IMG/VR virus record: IMGVR_UViG_3300048592_000232
Span: 1 to 60,804 of that record
Length of the DNA: 60,804 nucleotides
Strand: one strand, 5' to 3'
From: a virus
Taxonomy: Duplodnaviria > Caudoviricetes
Positions 36,661-46,963 of this stretch are shown here, piece by piece. Position 1 is the first letter of the stretch. The number at the start of each line of letters is the position of its first letter. The translations under genes and the position numbers were made by a program. Under the pieces are notes generated by a model. The model worked only from the letters and a program-made list of their open reading frames with translations, ran no database searches and had not been told where the DNA came from.

Positions 36661-38625
36661 TCACATTGAAAATTCGATTGAGCGTTGCGCCCACTCGAAG
36701 ACAGCTCTACGATTTTGCCAGCCGATGTCAATCTGTCGCTGCAACCAACCGAACTCGACAGAACGTTGTAACCAACCGAACGCAATCGAGCGACGGCGCA
36801 CCGCAAACGTAATGGAGACAATGCGTGTTGCGGAGTCGAAACTAGCCGTCACGTCCACGCCAGCGCCAACGTCAACCACTGCCAGCGCCGCCGCCAATGC
36901 GCCCAGCGTTTCCGCCGCTTGCCCAACGTCCGACACCGGCACGCTGACCGCAATGTCGCCCGTGCCATCAACCGCCGCCGCCGCTTCGCTGACCGCAATC
37001 AGCACGCCAGCCAGCAGTCCGTCAATGCCCGCCGCATTGTCGCTAAGCGACAGCGCAACCTGCGCAACCGTCGCCTCACTGCCTACCCCGGCGTCACTGA
37101 TAAGCAGCGGATCGAGCGTCACCGCAATCGACTCACCGCCCGTCGCCACTTCAAACAGCGATACCAACGTTGCCGACAGCAGCGACAGGCCGCTTTGCCC
37201 TGTGCCGATCTCCGCAACCGTCAACGAGGCCGCAATCGGCGCCGCTTCCGTGCCACTGCCCGACTCGCCAACCGTCAGCGTCACCGTCATGCTTAGCGAC
37301 TCGCCGCCGCCTGCATTCTCCGTTACGTCAATCTGGACGGCTGGCACAAGCACGGCGTCAGACCCTGCGCCGCCCTCTGTGATTTGTTTCAGCGCCTCTG
37401 TCAGCAGCGCCAGGGTGTCCGTGGCCTGTGCACTGTCGCCCACATTCAACGCAACACTGACGGAGGCTGCATCTGTTCCGCCGCCGCTGTCGGCCAACGT
37501 CAACGAAACCAGCGGGGACAGCACGCTATCCATGCCGCCGCCTGACTCGCCAATCTGTTTCAGCGCAGCAATCAGCAGCGTCGCGGCGTCGCTTGCACTC
37601 CCTGTGTCCGACACCGACACCGTCACGACAGCAAACGCCGCGGCATCGTCACCTGTCCCCGATTCACTGACAGGCACGCTTGCCGACAGGCTGGTAACAG
37701 CGTCCGTCCCAGTCCCGCTGTCAGTCAGCGCAGCCAGCACACCAGCCAGCAGCCCGTCAACGCTTGCCCCGGCGTCGGTCACGGTCAACGTGACTGTCAG
37801 GGTATGCGTCTCTAGCCCGCTTCCACTCTCGACAACAGGCACGCTCGCCAGCACGTTGTCAGGCGTATCCAGCCCGCCGCCCGTTTCATTCAACGCCAGC
37901 GCCGCCAGCACCTGCGCCAGCGCGTCAACGCTTGTCCCTGTCTCCGTTGTTGGCACGCCCGCTGCGCCGCCGAAGGATTCATCCCCTGCGCCGCTGTCAT
38001 TAAGCCCCAGGCTCACGCCAAGCTGCGCCAGCGCGTCAACGCCTGCGCCGCTGTCCGTTACGTCAACCTCTAGCGCGCCGCCGCCCAGGTCAATCGCCGT
38101 CCAGGTATCGGCGTAGCAGTTGGTATTGCCGCCGCCATACCCGGCAATGCCGGGCGCGCCGCTGGTCAGTGTCGAGTGTGTCGCCTCGACCAGCAGATCG
38201 CCGTTGACATAGCCACGCAGCGCAGTGCCTTCCACCTCCAGCCGCAACGTGTAGGCGGTGGATGTGTTGGCCGTGAATCCGCTTGACGAGGCCAGCACCG
38301 TCTCAGCGCCGCCGTTGATGTAGACCAAATACGCGCCGTACCCTCCGAAGATAATCAGCGCATAGTACGTCACGGTGCTGGCTGCCGTCAGGCGTGCGGC
38401 GGGTCCAATGCCGTGGCCGTCCGTTGGCGCACGCCCAACGATCTCAACCGAGTAGTCATTGCTGTCCATCGCCGCGCCGATCCAGCGCAGCTTTCGATAG
38501 CTGCTGCCCGTCGTGTAGTTGTAGACAGTGTTGCTATTGATTCGCCAATCGCCGCTATCCTCAGACCAATCTGATCCCAGTGACGTGCTATTGGCTCGGT
38601 TGAAATCGTCAGACCGTGTTGTCAT
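36661..38625 (-). CDS. Lectin-like N-domain plus long D/E-x-G-x-G-x-D repeat stalk (virion appendage)
   Basis: SDDFNRANS start; about 20 repeats such as DSGAGVD, ESGTGDD. Confidence 0.65.
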   Translation of the reverse strand: MTTRSDDFNRANSTSLGSDWSEDSGDWRINSNTVYNYTTGSSYRKLRWIGAAMDSNDYSVEIVGRAPTDGHGIGPAARLTAASTVTYYALIIFGGYGAYLVYINGGAETVLASSSGFTANTSTAYTLRLEVEGTALRGYVNGDLLVEATHSTLTSGAPGIAGYGGGNTNCYADTWTAIDLGGGALEVDVTDSGAGVDALAQLGVSLGLNDSGAGDESFGGAAGVPTTETGTSVDALAQVLAALALNETGGGLDTPDNVLASVPVVESGSGLETHTLTVTLTVTDAGASVDGLLAGVLAALTDSGTGTDAVTSLSASVPVSESGTGDDAAAFAVVTVSVSDTGSASDAATLLIAALKQIGESGGGMDSVLSPLVSLTLADSGGGTDAASVSVALNVGDSAQATDTLALLTEALKQITEGGAGSDAVLVPAVQIDVTENAGGGESLSMTVTLTVGESGSGTEAAPIAASLTVAEIGTGQSGLSLLSATLVSLFEVATGGESIAVTLDPLLISDAGVGSEATVAQVALSLSDNAAGIDGLLAGVLIAVSEAAAAVDGTGDIAVSVPVSDVGQAAETLGALAAALAVVDVGAGVDVTASFDSATRIVSITFAVRRRSIAFGWLQRSVEFGWLQRQIDIGWQNRRAVFEWAQRSIEFSM

Positions 38626-38636
38626 GATTCAGTTAC

Positions 38637-39704
38637 TCAGTTCGGCAGTACGACGCCGCTGCCTGAGAAGGTGCGCTGCACCGCGTTGCCGGGGAATGTC
38701 ATCGGCTGCACGGTGGGTGCGATGTACTGCCGCAAGCAGAGCGTCGGGTACGTGCGCTCGCCTACCGTGCGTGGTGTACCACATACCGGGTCGCTTGCTC
38801 CGCTGACAATGCGTCCCCACTGCGTTGCCCAGAACTCGCCACGAGGTGCGGGGCGAATCCCGCTGCCGCCCAGATACCAAGCAAACTCAATACGCCGATC
38901 CAGATTGCGGATTCCGCCTGTCGGCGTCCAGGTTGCCGGGTTTGCCGGGTCACCGCCGTGGAAGTAGTTGGGGTTAATGTTGAAGCCGAAGTCAGGCGCC
39001 CATCCGCCGCTACCGCCTGCTCGTGCGTACCACGACTCGAAGTTGACGGAACAGCCAAGCTCTGTCGGCGTCATAACCGGCCGCACGCCGGTGTCATTAC
39101 CGCAGATCGGGACAACCTGCGGGCCTGTGCTGTTGCCGACGCCGAAGTCCAGCCAGCCCGTAACGAAACTCACCGCGCCGGTTGCGTCTCGCACCCAAAG
39201 CTGATAGGAGTGGAAGCGACTCACGCGCCCGCCAGGGTGAAAGTCAAGGTGAAAGATACCGAACCAATCCTGATTGCTGAATCTGCCCGCCCACTGCTTG
39301 AACGCCGTGTGCTTCTCGCATGGCAAATTCTCAGCAGGCGTCATCGCTGCATGGTCGAAGCGCGGCGAGTATCCAGCGTCCAGCACCCACTGCGATACAG
39401 GGTCGCCGTGCTCGTGCGCCGTGCATCCGTCGTGCGCAATGCCGGGTGCGTGCCATGTCGCCTTGTCAATGCCTGGTGCTTGCGTCGCTGTCGGTTCCGG
39501 CGTCGCTGTCGGTGGCTCTGTGGTTGGCGTCGGTTCAGGTGTCGGTGTCGGTTCCGCTGGCTGGAAAGGCTCGCAATCCAGCGTGATCCGCCCGCCGTCG
39601 CCAACCGTGATGGCGCACAAGAACAAGTCTTGTGCAGATGCAGCGCCAAAGGCAGCCAGCACCAGAGCAATAGCCACGATGAAGATGATCGATGTTCTCT
39701 GCAT
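38637..39704 (-). CDS. Secreted protein with signal peptide, Pro/Thr linker and His-rich domain
   Basis: MQRTSIIFIVAIALVLAAFGAASA; EPTPTPEPTPT; WH...HEHGD...KH...FH. Confidence 0.75.
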   Translation of the reverse strand: MQRTSIIFIVAIALVLAAFGAASAQDLFLCAITVGDGGRITLDCEPFQPAEPTPTPEPTPTTEPPTATPEPTATQAPGIDKATWHAPGIAHDGCTAHEHGDPVSQWVLDAGYSPRFDHAAMTPAENLPCEKHTAFKQWAGRFSNQDWFGIFHLDFHPGGRVSRFHSYQLWVRDATGAVSFVTGWLDFGVGNSTGPQVVPICGNDTGVRPVMTPTELGCSVNFESWYARAGGSGGWAPDFGFNINPNYFHGGDPANPATWTPTGGIRNLDRRIEFAWYLGGSGIRPAPRGEFWATQWGRIVSGASDPVCGTPRTVGERTYPTLCLRQYIAPTVQPMTFPGNAVQRTFSGSGVVLPN

Positions 39705-39720
39705 GGTTCCCCTCATTGAC

Positions 39721-40227
39721 TTAACGTAACGTAGCCTTGACGGTGGGCGTCACTGCGCCCGTTGCCGCCACTTTCACGCGAACAAACTCGCCTGCAATCG
39801 GCGTGCGAAAGAGGCCGGTCTTGGATGCGCCCGACAGTGAAGCGTTGAGCGTGTAGGTGTTGCTGGTCAGCGTGCCTGTGGTGTTGAAGGTATGTACGAT
39901 CTCCGTTGCATCCGCCCACAACTCCTGATCGGGGCTGAACTGCACCGTCACCACCACCGAGCCGGTTGTCGCAGCGTCTGTGGCTGCGAAAATTTCCACT
40001 TGACTGTAATTGCTGGTGCGTGAGTTGTCGATACCCTGCACGAGTAGCGGCGCTTCGCTGTAGGTTGTGCCGGTCGTCACCGCTGTGGGCGGGTAGAGCG
40101 TCACGGTGCGCGGCGTCGCAATCTGTGCAGGCGGCGCAGCAGTGACAGCCGGTGTGCCCCACAACGTCGCCAGCAGCCCCAGCAGCAGCACGAAAGCGAC
40201 TACGATCCCAAATCCAGACTTCTGCAT
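39721..40227 (-). CDS. Secreted/anchored beta-sandwich protein
   Basis: N-terminal hydrophobic signal; Thr-rich beta strands. Confidence 0.7.
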   Translation of the reverse strand: MQKSGFGIVVAFVLLLGLLATLWGTPAVTAAPPAQIATPRTVTLYPPTAVTTGTTYSEAPLLVQGIDNSRTSNYSQVEIFAATDAATTGSVVVTVQFSPDQELWADATEIVHTFNTTGTLTSNTYTLNASLSGASKTGLFRTPIAGEFVRVKVAATGAVTPTVKATLR

Positions 40228-40248
40228 GATGTGTTCCTCCCGGAAACT

Positions 40249-43200
40249 CTAGCCATTCCTGTCAATCACTTGCTTGATTCGATAAGCAAGTCGCTCTATG
40301 TCTACGTCGTTCGTTACGGTCGCATGTACCGTGACGCTGACGGGATTGCCGGTCAGCATTCCTTGCATTTCCCGATTGTTGTACACCTGACTGCCGCGCG
40401 GCAGGCCGACCAACTCCGGCCCATTCTCGCCAACCAACGTCAAGCCGCCCGGCGCAAACGAGGTGCCGAGACGATTCCCGCCAAACAGATCATTCCACGC
40501 CTGCCCAGCGCCACCGATGGCGTCGTTGACCGCTTGACCGGCCTCACCAACGGCCTCCTGCGCACCTTCTACCGCGGCACCGATACCGGTCACGTTGCCA
40601 AGTTCAGCGATGATACCGGCGATCATGTCCTGGAGGGCTTTCAGGACTGCGCTGCCGAGGTCGTTGAACGCACCGCCGATCATGTCCCACTTGATGGACG
40701 TGATCGCATTACGCACAGCCGCCGTGAAGCCGCCCCAGGAGATGCCGCCGCCGCCTTCCTCACCGCTGCCGCCAATCATGGACGCCAACGCGCTCACCAT
40801 GTTCTTGCCGAGCGCCGACCAGTCCATCGTCTTGATTTTCTCACCAAGCGAATCCACCATAGCGACGAAGTCCCACGATGCCGCTGTCCAGTCAACTGCG
40901 CTGATCGCCCCGGCCACGCCGTCAACGATTCTCTGATCCAGCCCCTGCATGGTCGTGTCAATCTGCGTCCACAGCCCCGCCATTGCGTCGGTCAGGCCAG
41001 CCCCTTCGTTGAAGCCAGCCCACAGCCCGGTAATGGCGCCCAGGATGGCGTCACGTAGCCCAACGAACGATTCACCGATGCTGGCAAAGTCCAGGTCAGT
41101 GATCGCCTGCTCAATCGACATGCGCAGCCCGTTGAAAGCGAATGCCTCCCCTTCGGGCGTAGAGGACTCACCAAACAGCGCCCCGATGCCATCCACGATG
41201 GACTTGACGAAGTTCCCAAAGCTGAAACCTGCGCCCGCCCAATCAATCTCGTTGATGTATCCGGTGATCGAATCGATGAAACTCTGGACGGACAACCCCG
41301 CCGCCTTCCAGTCAATCGAATTGACGGCCATCGTCGCCGCCATGGCCAGCTTGGTGCGCAGTGCGGAGAAGCCATCCGCCGACCACTCGAAGCCATTCAG
41401 CGCAAACTGAATCGAGTCAGCGATGCTCTGCAAATCCAGTGCGGCGACAACGTCCTTCTTGAGTTGCTCGAAGGCGTCGCCCGTGAACAGGGCTTTGAGC
41501 GTCTCGCCCATTTTGGCGATCTCCTCACCCATCGTTGCGCCCAGGTCGCCAAACGAGATTTCACCCGCCATGAACTGCTGGAAGGTTTCCCAAATTGCCG
41601 CAATGTTGCCCTTCACGCTTTCAGCATTGGCCAGCCACGAACCGAACGCCTCCGAGATGGCCGCAATCTTGCCCTGTACGCCGCCCAGGTCGAGGTACCA
41701 GATCGCCGCACCCAACGCCACGATAGCGCCGATCACCAGCACAACCGGAGAGGTCAGCGCCGCCAATGCCGCCGATAAGCCGCCGATCACTGGACCCGCC
41801 AGCCACGCCAGCATCTTGGCGAACGTGCCTACTGCCATCAAGCCGGGACCAATCGCCGCAACAACGCCTGTCAGCAGCAGGATTACCCGCTGCATGGCCG
41901 GTGACAGGTTGGTGAAGGAGGAAATTAGATCCGCCGCCTGCCGAATCATGTCGGAGATGCCGCCCAGGAACGGGTAGACTGCTGCGATCAGCGTCGATTC
42001 GAGCGAACCTTTGAAGTACTCGATTGCACCTTTCAGGCCGTCCATCTTCGCACCCGCCATCGCAGCCGCTGCACCCTGCTCGCCGACAGCGCCCACCATC
42101 GCGGCAATATCTTCCTCGGATTGATTCAGCAGGATGGACAGTGCGCGCACCGCGTCAGCGCCGCCAAGCGTGCTTAGCATGGCGTTGCGCTCGGCCTCCG
42201 TGTATTCCTTCATCACGGTGGTTGCTGTGCCTTGAATGCCTGCCAGGGAGTTGTATTCCGCCTGCATCGCGGCAAGTTCACGGTTCAGCCGATCCACCGC
42301 GACGATCTTGTCGTTCTCACTCTGCGCAACGCCTGCAATGCCGCTTGCGTAGTCGGAAAGTTTTGTGTTGACGCCCTGAATCCGCTTTTGCAGATCGGCC
42401 ATACGATCCGCCTGCTCCTGCGTGCGCCCACCCGAAACAACCGTTACCTCATTCAGCCCGTACAGGCTGGAACGCATGTCGTTGATTACGTCGAACAGCG
42501 GGCGTGCCTTCCCTTCGGCGTCGTAGGCAGAGATGCCAAGCTGCTGCATGATGCCAGCCGCTTCATCTGTCGGCGCATACAGGCGCATCATCGCTGTCTT
42601 GAGCGAAGTGCCTGCATCGCTGCCTCTCAGGGCGTTGTCGTTGAGAAGGGCGAGCGCCGCCGTAGTGGTGCCAAGCGACTGCCCGAAGGTGTTGGCGACG
42701 GCGCTTGACATCTGCATCCCCATACCCAGGTCAGAGATGTCAGCCGCCGACGAAACCGCCGCCGCTGCCAGCATGTTGGCGACTTCTCCCGACGCCGAGG
42801 CGTCCATGTTGAAGGCTTTCAGCGTTTTGGCGGTCAGCGATGCCGCCTGATCCAGACTCATGCCCGAAGCCGCCGCCAAATCAAGCACACCGCCGATACT
42901 CGCCATTGTCTGCGATGCGTCGAAGCCCGCTTTGCCAAGCTCGACCATCGCTTGCGCTGCGTCGCCTGCTGAGAAGCTGGTGACGGCGCCGAGGCGCAGC
43001 GCCTCCGCTTGCAGCGCCTGCAAGTCACCCTCCGTCGCGCCGGCAACGACGGCAATCGTGTTCATCGCTTGCTCGAATGTACCCGCGGAATTGAGCGCCA
43101 CCGCGCCCATGCCGACGATGGGAGCCGTGACCGCAAGGGACATCTTCTGTCCGATGCCGGTCACGGAATCGCCGAAGGATTGCAGCTTTTCCTTTGCGCC

Positions 43201-43266
43201 ATTGAGGGCACGCTCTAGCGACTGCGCATTGCCGAGGATGTTGATCGCAATCGTTGCTGTGGACAT
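40249..43266 (-). CDS. Tape measure protein (TP901-type)
   Basis: About 1005 aa; FSAGDAAQAMVELGKAG, GSDAGTSLK; IDW repeats; LVGENGPELV. Confidence 0.92.
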   Translation of the reverse strand: MSTATIAINILGNAQSLERALNGAKEKLQSFGDSVTGIGQKMSLAVTAPIVGMGAVALNSAGTFEQAMNTIAVVAGATEGDLQALQAEALRLGAVTSFSAGDAAQAMVELGKAGFDASQTMASIGGVLDLAAASGMSLDQAASLTAKTLKAFNMDASASGEVANMLAAAAVSSAADISDLGMGMQMSSAVANTFGQSLGTTTAALALLNDNALRGSDAGTSLKTAMMRLYAPTDEAAGIMQQLGISAYDAEGKARPLFDVINDMRSSLYGLNEVTVVSGGRTQEQADRMADLQKRIQGVNTKLSDYASGIAGVAQSENDKIVAVDRLNRELAAMQAEYNSLAGIQGTATTVMKEYTEAERNAMLSTLGGADAVRALSILLNQSEEDIAAMVGAVGEQGAAAAMAGAKMDGLKGAIEYFKGSLESTLIAAVYPFLGGISDMIRQAADLISSFTNLSPAMQRVILLLTGVVAAIGPGLMAVGTFAKMLAWLAGPVIGGLSAALAALTSPVVLVIGAIVALGAAIWYLDLGGVQGKIAAISEAFGSWLANAESVKGNIAAIWETFQQFMAGEISFGDLGATMGEEIAKMGETLKALFTGDAFEQLKKDVVAALDLQSIADSIQFALNGFEWSADGFSALRTKLAMAATMAVNSIDWKAAGLSVQSFIDSITGYINEIDWAGAGFSFGNFVKSIVDGIGALFGESSTPEGEAFAFNGLRMSIEQAITDLDFASIGESFVGLRDAILGAITGLWAGFNEGAGLTDAMAGLWTQIDTTMQGLDQRIVDGVAGAISAVDWTAASWDFVAMVDSLGEKIKTMDWSALGKNMVSALASMIGGSGEEGGGGISWGGFTAAVRNAITSIKWDMIGGAFNDLGSAVLKALQDMIAGIIAELGNVTGIGAAVEGAQEAVGEAGQAVNDAIGGAGQAWNDLFGGNRLGTSFAPGGLTLVGENGPELVGLPRGSQVYNNREMQGMLTGNPVSVTVHATVTNDVDIERLAYRIKQVIDRNG

Positions 43267-43978
43267 TACTCCCACCCCATTTCGGCGGCTAAATCTTCAA
43301 ACTTCTGCATGTTGGCGTGCCGCTTGATACTCGATTCGTCGTGCAGTTGCTGCCTGCCAGACCAGTTGACAAGGAAGTCATCAACCTTGAATCGAGCCTT
43401 GCCGCCACCCATCGCAGCGAATCCGTTGGCGATTGTCGTCATGACCATAGCCGCCAACGCGTCGCCCCGCTCACCGCCAAGTGGTCCAAACTCAGCCTCA
43501 TACGCCTGCCAGGAAGTCAACTCAGCCGACGAGATGTTGCTCAGCCCCCACTCGACTGACGGCCAGCCAAGCGCCAGGGCTAATCGGTGATAGAATCGTC
43601 GCCCTGGTCGGCGAAAAAATCTTCCGCCGCCTTCTCTTTGGCTTCCTCACCAATGCCGCTCAACCGTTGCGCGACCTTGGCGACACGCTCCAGCGCCGAC
43701 GCGGACTTGCGTCCCAGCCTGGCAACATCGGCGTCCGTGAAGATGCGCTCGCCCTTTTCGTCAACCACGCACAGGCTCACCAGCCGTGCACGCATGTTGA
43801 CCATGTTGACTTCAATCTCGCCCTTCGCACCGCGCTTGATCGACATCTGCTCGAAGGTGTCTCGTTCCTTGCCGGTCAGCGCACGCACGCGCACGTTGCC
43901 GCCCCACTCCGGGACAGTGACGATCTCGGCGACCATATCGTCCGCGTCAAAGATTGCATTCCGTGAAAGTAGTGTCAT
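43266..43978 (-). CDS. Tail assembly chaperones G (43580-43978) and G-T via -1 frameshift (to 43266)
   Basis: Slippery T TTT TTC at 43619-43613; -1 frame reads RRFYHRLALALG...ISSAELTSWQAYE...GPLG. Confidence 0.85.
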
Positions 43979-43986
43979 TATGCCCC

Positions 43987-44979
43987 CTACAACGTCGCCC
44001 GGCTGTTCGTCACCGAGAACTCGGCATACAGTGCGTCCGTAGGCGAATAGACGGCGTGTCCGTCAAACTTGACGCCCGTTGCGCCGTCGTCCAGCTTCTC
44101 GTATGGATTGACCTTGTCCCACCGCACTGCCATGTCTGCCGTGAAGCTGCGATTCGATGCGCCCGGCGTCTGCAAGCGCAGCAGGCGAATCACGTTCGCT
44201 GCAAAGTCGGCGCGCTCCGCTGCGACAATGTTGTCGTCATTTTCGAGCGCAAGCGTCAAGCTGATCTCGATGGCCGGTCGGTCAAACCAGTGGTTGATGT
44301 AGTACAGTTGCCCGTCGCCGGGCACAACGTACTTGACGCCCGTCTGCACACGCATCGAGAAGGCGCGTAGCACCCCTTCCGCCTGTGTCGTGCCGATGGT
44401 GCCGCCTGTGTCGTCTAGGTAGAGCAGGGTGTTGGCGAAAATCATCGGCGTCACCGACAGCAGCGACAGCGCCCCCGTAGGCGTTCCGCTGGTAAGCCGC
44501 TGCCCGTTCCATGTCGAAGCAATCATCCATGCCTCGCCTGACTGACCCGACAGCTCAAACTCCGACACGAAACAATAAGGAACAACCTGGAAGTCACCCG
44601 TTGCAATGGAGTTGCCACAGCGAAGGGTGTACGGTCGGATCGTGTTGAATGTGGTTCCGAGCGCAAAGCTGTACTCGCGCACGTAGTTGGGCGCGGTGCC
44701 CGTGGGCGTCGCTGTCAAGATGCCAGCCTCGAAGATGTGCGGCAGTTGCTCATACGATGCTTCTGTCGCTGGCAACTGAATAATGGCGCCGTACTGCGTA
44801 TCGTAGGTGTCTTCAGCCGGGACAAGCAGCCCGACTTCTTCCTCTCGTGCCGTGCGTGTGCGGTCGTCATCCGGGTAGGCGGCAAGCCCGCGCCAGATTT
44901 CCGTAGCGGCTACCGCAGTGCCTGCTACGCTTTCTCGCCCAAGCTGGACCAGCCCCAAACTATAATTCGCCTGTGGCAT
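43987..44979 (-). CDS. Major tail tube protein
   Basis: QLGRESVAGTAV start; position before the chaperones. Confidence 0.8.
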   Translation of the reverse strand: MPQANYSLGLVQLGRESVAGTAVAATEIWRGLAAYPDDDRTRTAREEEVGLLVPAEDTYDTQYGAIIQLPATEASYEQLPHIFEAGILTATPTGTAPNYVREYSFALGTTFNTIRPYTLRCGNSIATGDFQVVPYCFVSEFELSGQSGEAWMIASTWNGQRLTSGTPTGALSLLSVTPMIFANTLLYLDDTGGTIGTTQAEGVLRAFSMRVQTGVKYVVPGDGQLYYINHWFDRPAIEISLTLALENDDNIVAAERADFAANVIRLLRLQTPGASNRSFTADMAVRWDKVNPYEKLDDGATGVKFDGHAVYSPTDALYAEFSVTNSRATL

Positions 44980-45141
44980 TGTCTTCTTCTCCCTCTGGCG
45001 TTTCGTCGCCAATCACTTCATAAAGGCGATCAGGGCAAGCCTCAATCTCTACCCTGTGCGCTTCATATTCCGCCGCCGTCAGGTCTCTGGCAGGCACGCC
45101 CGGCAGGTGAGCGCCACCCAGGTACTTTGCATAGAATTGCG

Positions 45142-45585
45142 TCATGCCCCCCCCACCAGCGCCAGTAGGCTAATCTGCTCGACCAGGTACGTGTATGGCC
45201 CGATCAGCGTGCTTTGAATCAGGCTTGGCCGCTCGTAATGCAGTTGATTCCATGCAGTCGTTTGCGTGTTGTCGATAACCCAATTCGCAATGGCCACCTC
45301 GATGTTGTCGAGCATGTCTTCACTGGCCGCTTGCTCTGCGTCCGTCGCATTCTCATCAACCAGCACCCACACCTGGATGGTGATCCGGATTGCGTTGTTG
45401 ATATTCTGCGTTCGGCTTTCCGGTCTCTGCGCCGACTCCGACCACACGCGCACGATGGGCGATTCACCCTCGAAGCCGGTCTTCAGGTAGTCGTACACCA
45501 CCGGGACAGGCGTCAATGTCGCCGTTGCGGACACCACCCCCGCCCCGATAGCTTCCCTCACCAATCGACGATTAGGCGCTGTCAT
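45142..45585 (-). CDS. Tail terminator-position protein
   Basis: Size and synteny. Confidence 0.6.
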   Translation of the reverse strand: MTAPNRRLVREAIGAGVVSATATLTPVPVVYDYLKTGFEGESPIVRVWSESAQRPESRTQNINNAIRITIQVWVLVDENATDAEQAASEDMLDNIEVAIANWVIDNTQTTAWNQLHYERPSLIQSTLIGPYTYLVEQISLLALVGGA

Positions 45586-45905
45586 TTGCGCACGCTCTCA
45601 ATCATTAACTGCATCGCAGTGTCCAGCGGGCGCAGCCACGTCGAAACGCCGCGCACGATGTACCGCTCGCTGCCGATGGCGACCACGTCGCCTTGCACAA
45701 TGTCGTACTCGCCCGCAACGAAGCACTCGAAGACGTTGACCACCGACTGAATCATGCCGACAGCCTGCATCTGTCCAAGCCGCTGCACATCCGCCGATAC
45801 AGGCGGCGTCACCGGCACACTCGACAGGTGCAAAGACTCCGTACGCGTCGCGCCCGCGCGCCGGTAAATGTCTGCACTCGCCGTCGCCTTGAGTGCGATT
45901 GTCAT
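45582..45905 (-). CDS. Head closure (stopper) protein
   Basis: DIVQGDVV...RYIVRGV; synteny. Confidence 0.6.
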   Translation of the reverse strand: MTIALKATASADIYRRAGATRTESLHLSSVPVTPPVSADVQRLGQMQAVGMIQSVVNVFECFVAGEYDIVQGDVVAIGSERYIVRGVSTWLRPLDTAMQLMIESVRK

Positions 45906-46324
45906 AACGACACAATCCCCGTTCGGCGTAGCACCGTCTCGCCTGCGCCCACGTTGACGCCGTGCACGGCAAGAATTTCAGCGCGCTTCTCACGCCGTGC
46001 CGTTTCTAGCCGCCGCGCAAGATCGTTGTAGTCGTCGCGCAGCGGACCCGTCTGGTTTGTCGTGGCCGTCAGGTTGCCGTACATCGAATTAAGCAGGCGC
46101 AGTTCGGCAAGGTCGATCAGCGCTTCATCCTGCGCAATGGCGACGACTTCCCCACTCGTTGCATCCACGAACGAAGCTGTCGATCCACCAAGGCGACGCA
46201 CCGCCCAGGCAATCGCCTGATCGGGGGATGGGCTGTCCTGGCTGCCCGTGAGCGTTCGCACCAGCGCAAGCATTGCGCCCGTGCGTTCGGTCAGGATCGC
46301 CGTAACCTCCGCCTTTGTCGCCAC
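45902..46324 (-). CDS. Head-tail adaptor
   Basis: Helical, synteny. Confidence 0.55.
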   Translation of the reverse strand: MATKAEVTAILTERTGAMLALVRTLTGSQDSPSPDQAIAWAVRRLGGSTASFVDATSGEVVAIAQDEALIDLAELRLLNSMYGNLTATTNQTGPLRDDYNDLARRLETARREKRAEILAVHGVNVGAGETVLRRTGIVSL

Positions 46325-46660
46325 TTACTTCACTTCTTCCTGGTAGGCGTCGATACCCTGCTTCAGCCAGAACACCGCAGCTTCGATTGCCGCCTTCAGA
46401 TGTTCACCCTGTAGCGCCGGGAACTCCGCTTCCAACAGGGACATGGCGTAGTCGAACCGCGCGCCCGCTGGCAACTTGCCCGTGCGCCACAGTTGCTCCG
46501 CCGCTGCGACCGCCGTCTCTGCTACCGCCGACACTTCTTGCAGGCTGGCAATCGCCTCACCTACGCTGGTAGGTCGAGTGCGCAGCCAGACCACGATCAG
46601 CAGGATCGCCGTCAGCATGACCGACGCCAACCCCAGAATTTCACCGCTAGACAGTTCCAT
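46325..46660 (-). CDS. Holin, LL-H-like family
   Basis: N-terminal TM; TAVAAAEQL...RFDYA...AAIEAAV. Confidence 0.7.
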   Translation of the reverse strand: MELSSGEILGLASVMLTAILLIVVWLRTRPTSVGEAIASLQEVSAVAETAVAAAEQLWRTGKLPAGARFDYAMSLLEAEFPALQGEHLKAAIEAAVFWLKQGIDAYQEEVK

Positions 46661-46961
46661 TCAGTGTCTCCCTAATTTGTTCCAGCGCCGTCTCACCAAT
46701 CCCGCGAACAGCAAGCAACTCGTCATCGCTTGCCGCGCTTGCAGACGCCGGGTTGAAGCCTGCACTTTCCAGCCGCCGCGCAATCTTGTCGTCAAGACCG
46801 TTCCAGCTTGGCATGGCCTCGCAGCGTTCCGGCTCCTGGACAGGCGTCAACTTGTCCAGGAACCCCCGCGCCGCTGCGTCATCGATCTCGACGATGTCAC
46901 CTGACGCAAACTCATTGCTTGCGCCGAAGTGACACCCCGGATTGACTTGATACAGGCTCAT
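46647..46961 (-). CDS. Small helix-hairpin-helix protein
   Basis: LLAVRGIGETALEQI. Confidence 0.65.
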   Translation of the reverse strand: MSLYQVNPGCHFGASNEFASGDIVEIDDAAARGFLDKLTPVQEPERCEAMPSWNGLDDKIARRLESAGFNPASASAASDDELLAVRGIGETALEQIRETLNGTV

Positions 46962-46963
46962 GG

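Noticed and set aside
36539-38116. Long plus-strand ORFs opposite structural genes (also 31638-32840, 46979-48010, 54692-55936)
   Set aside because: Antisense shadows of GC-rich genes with no RBS or motifs
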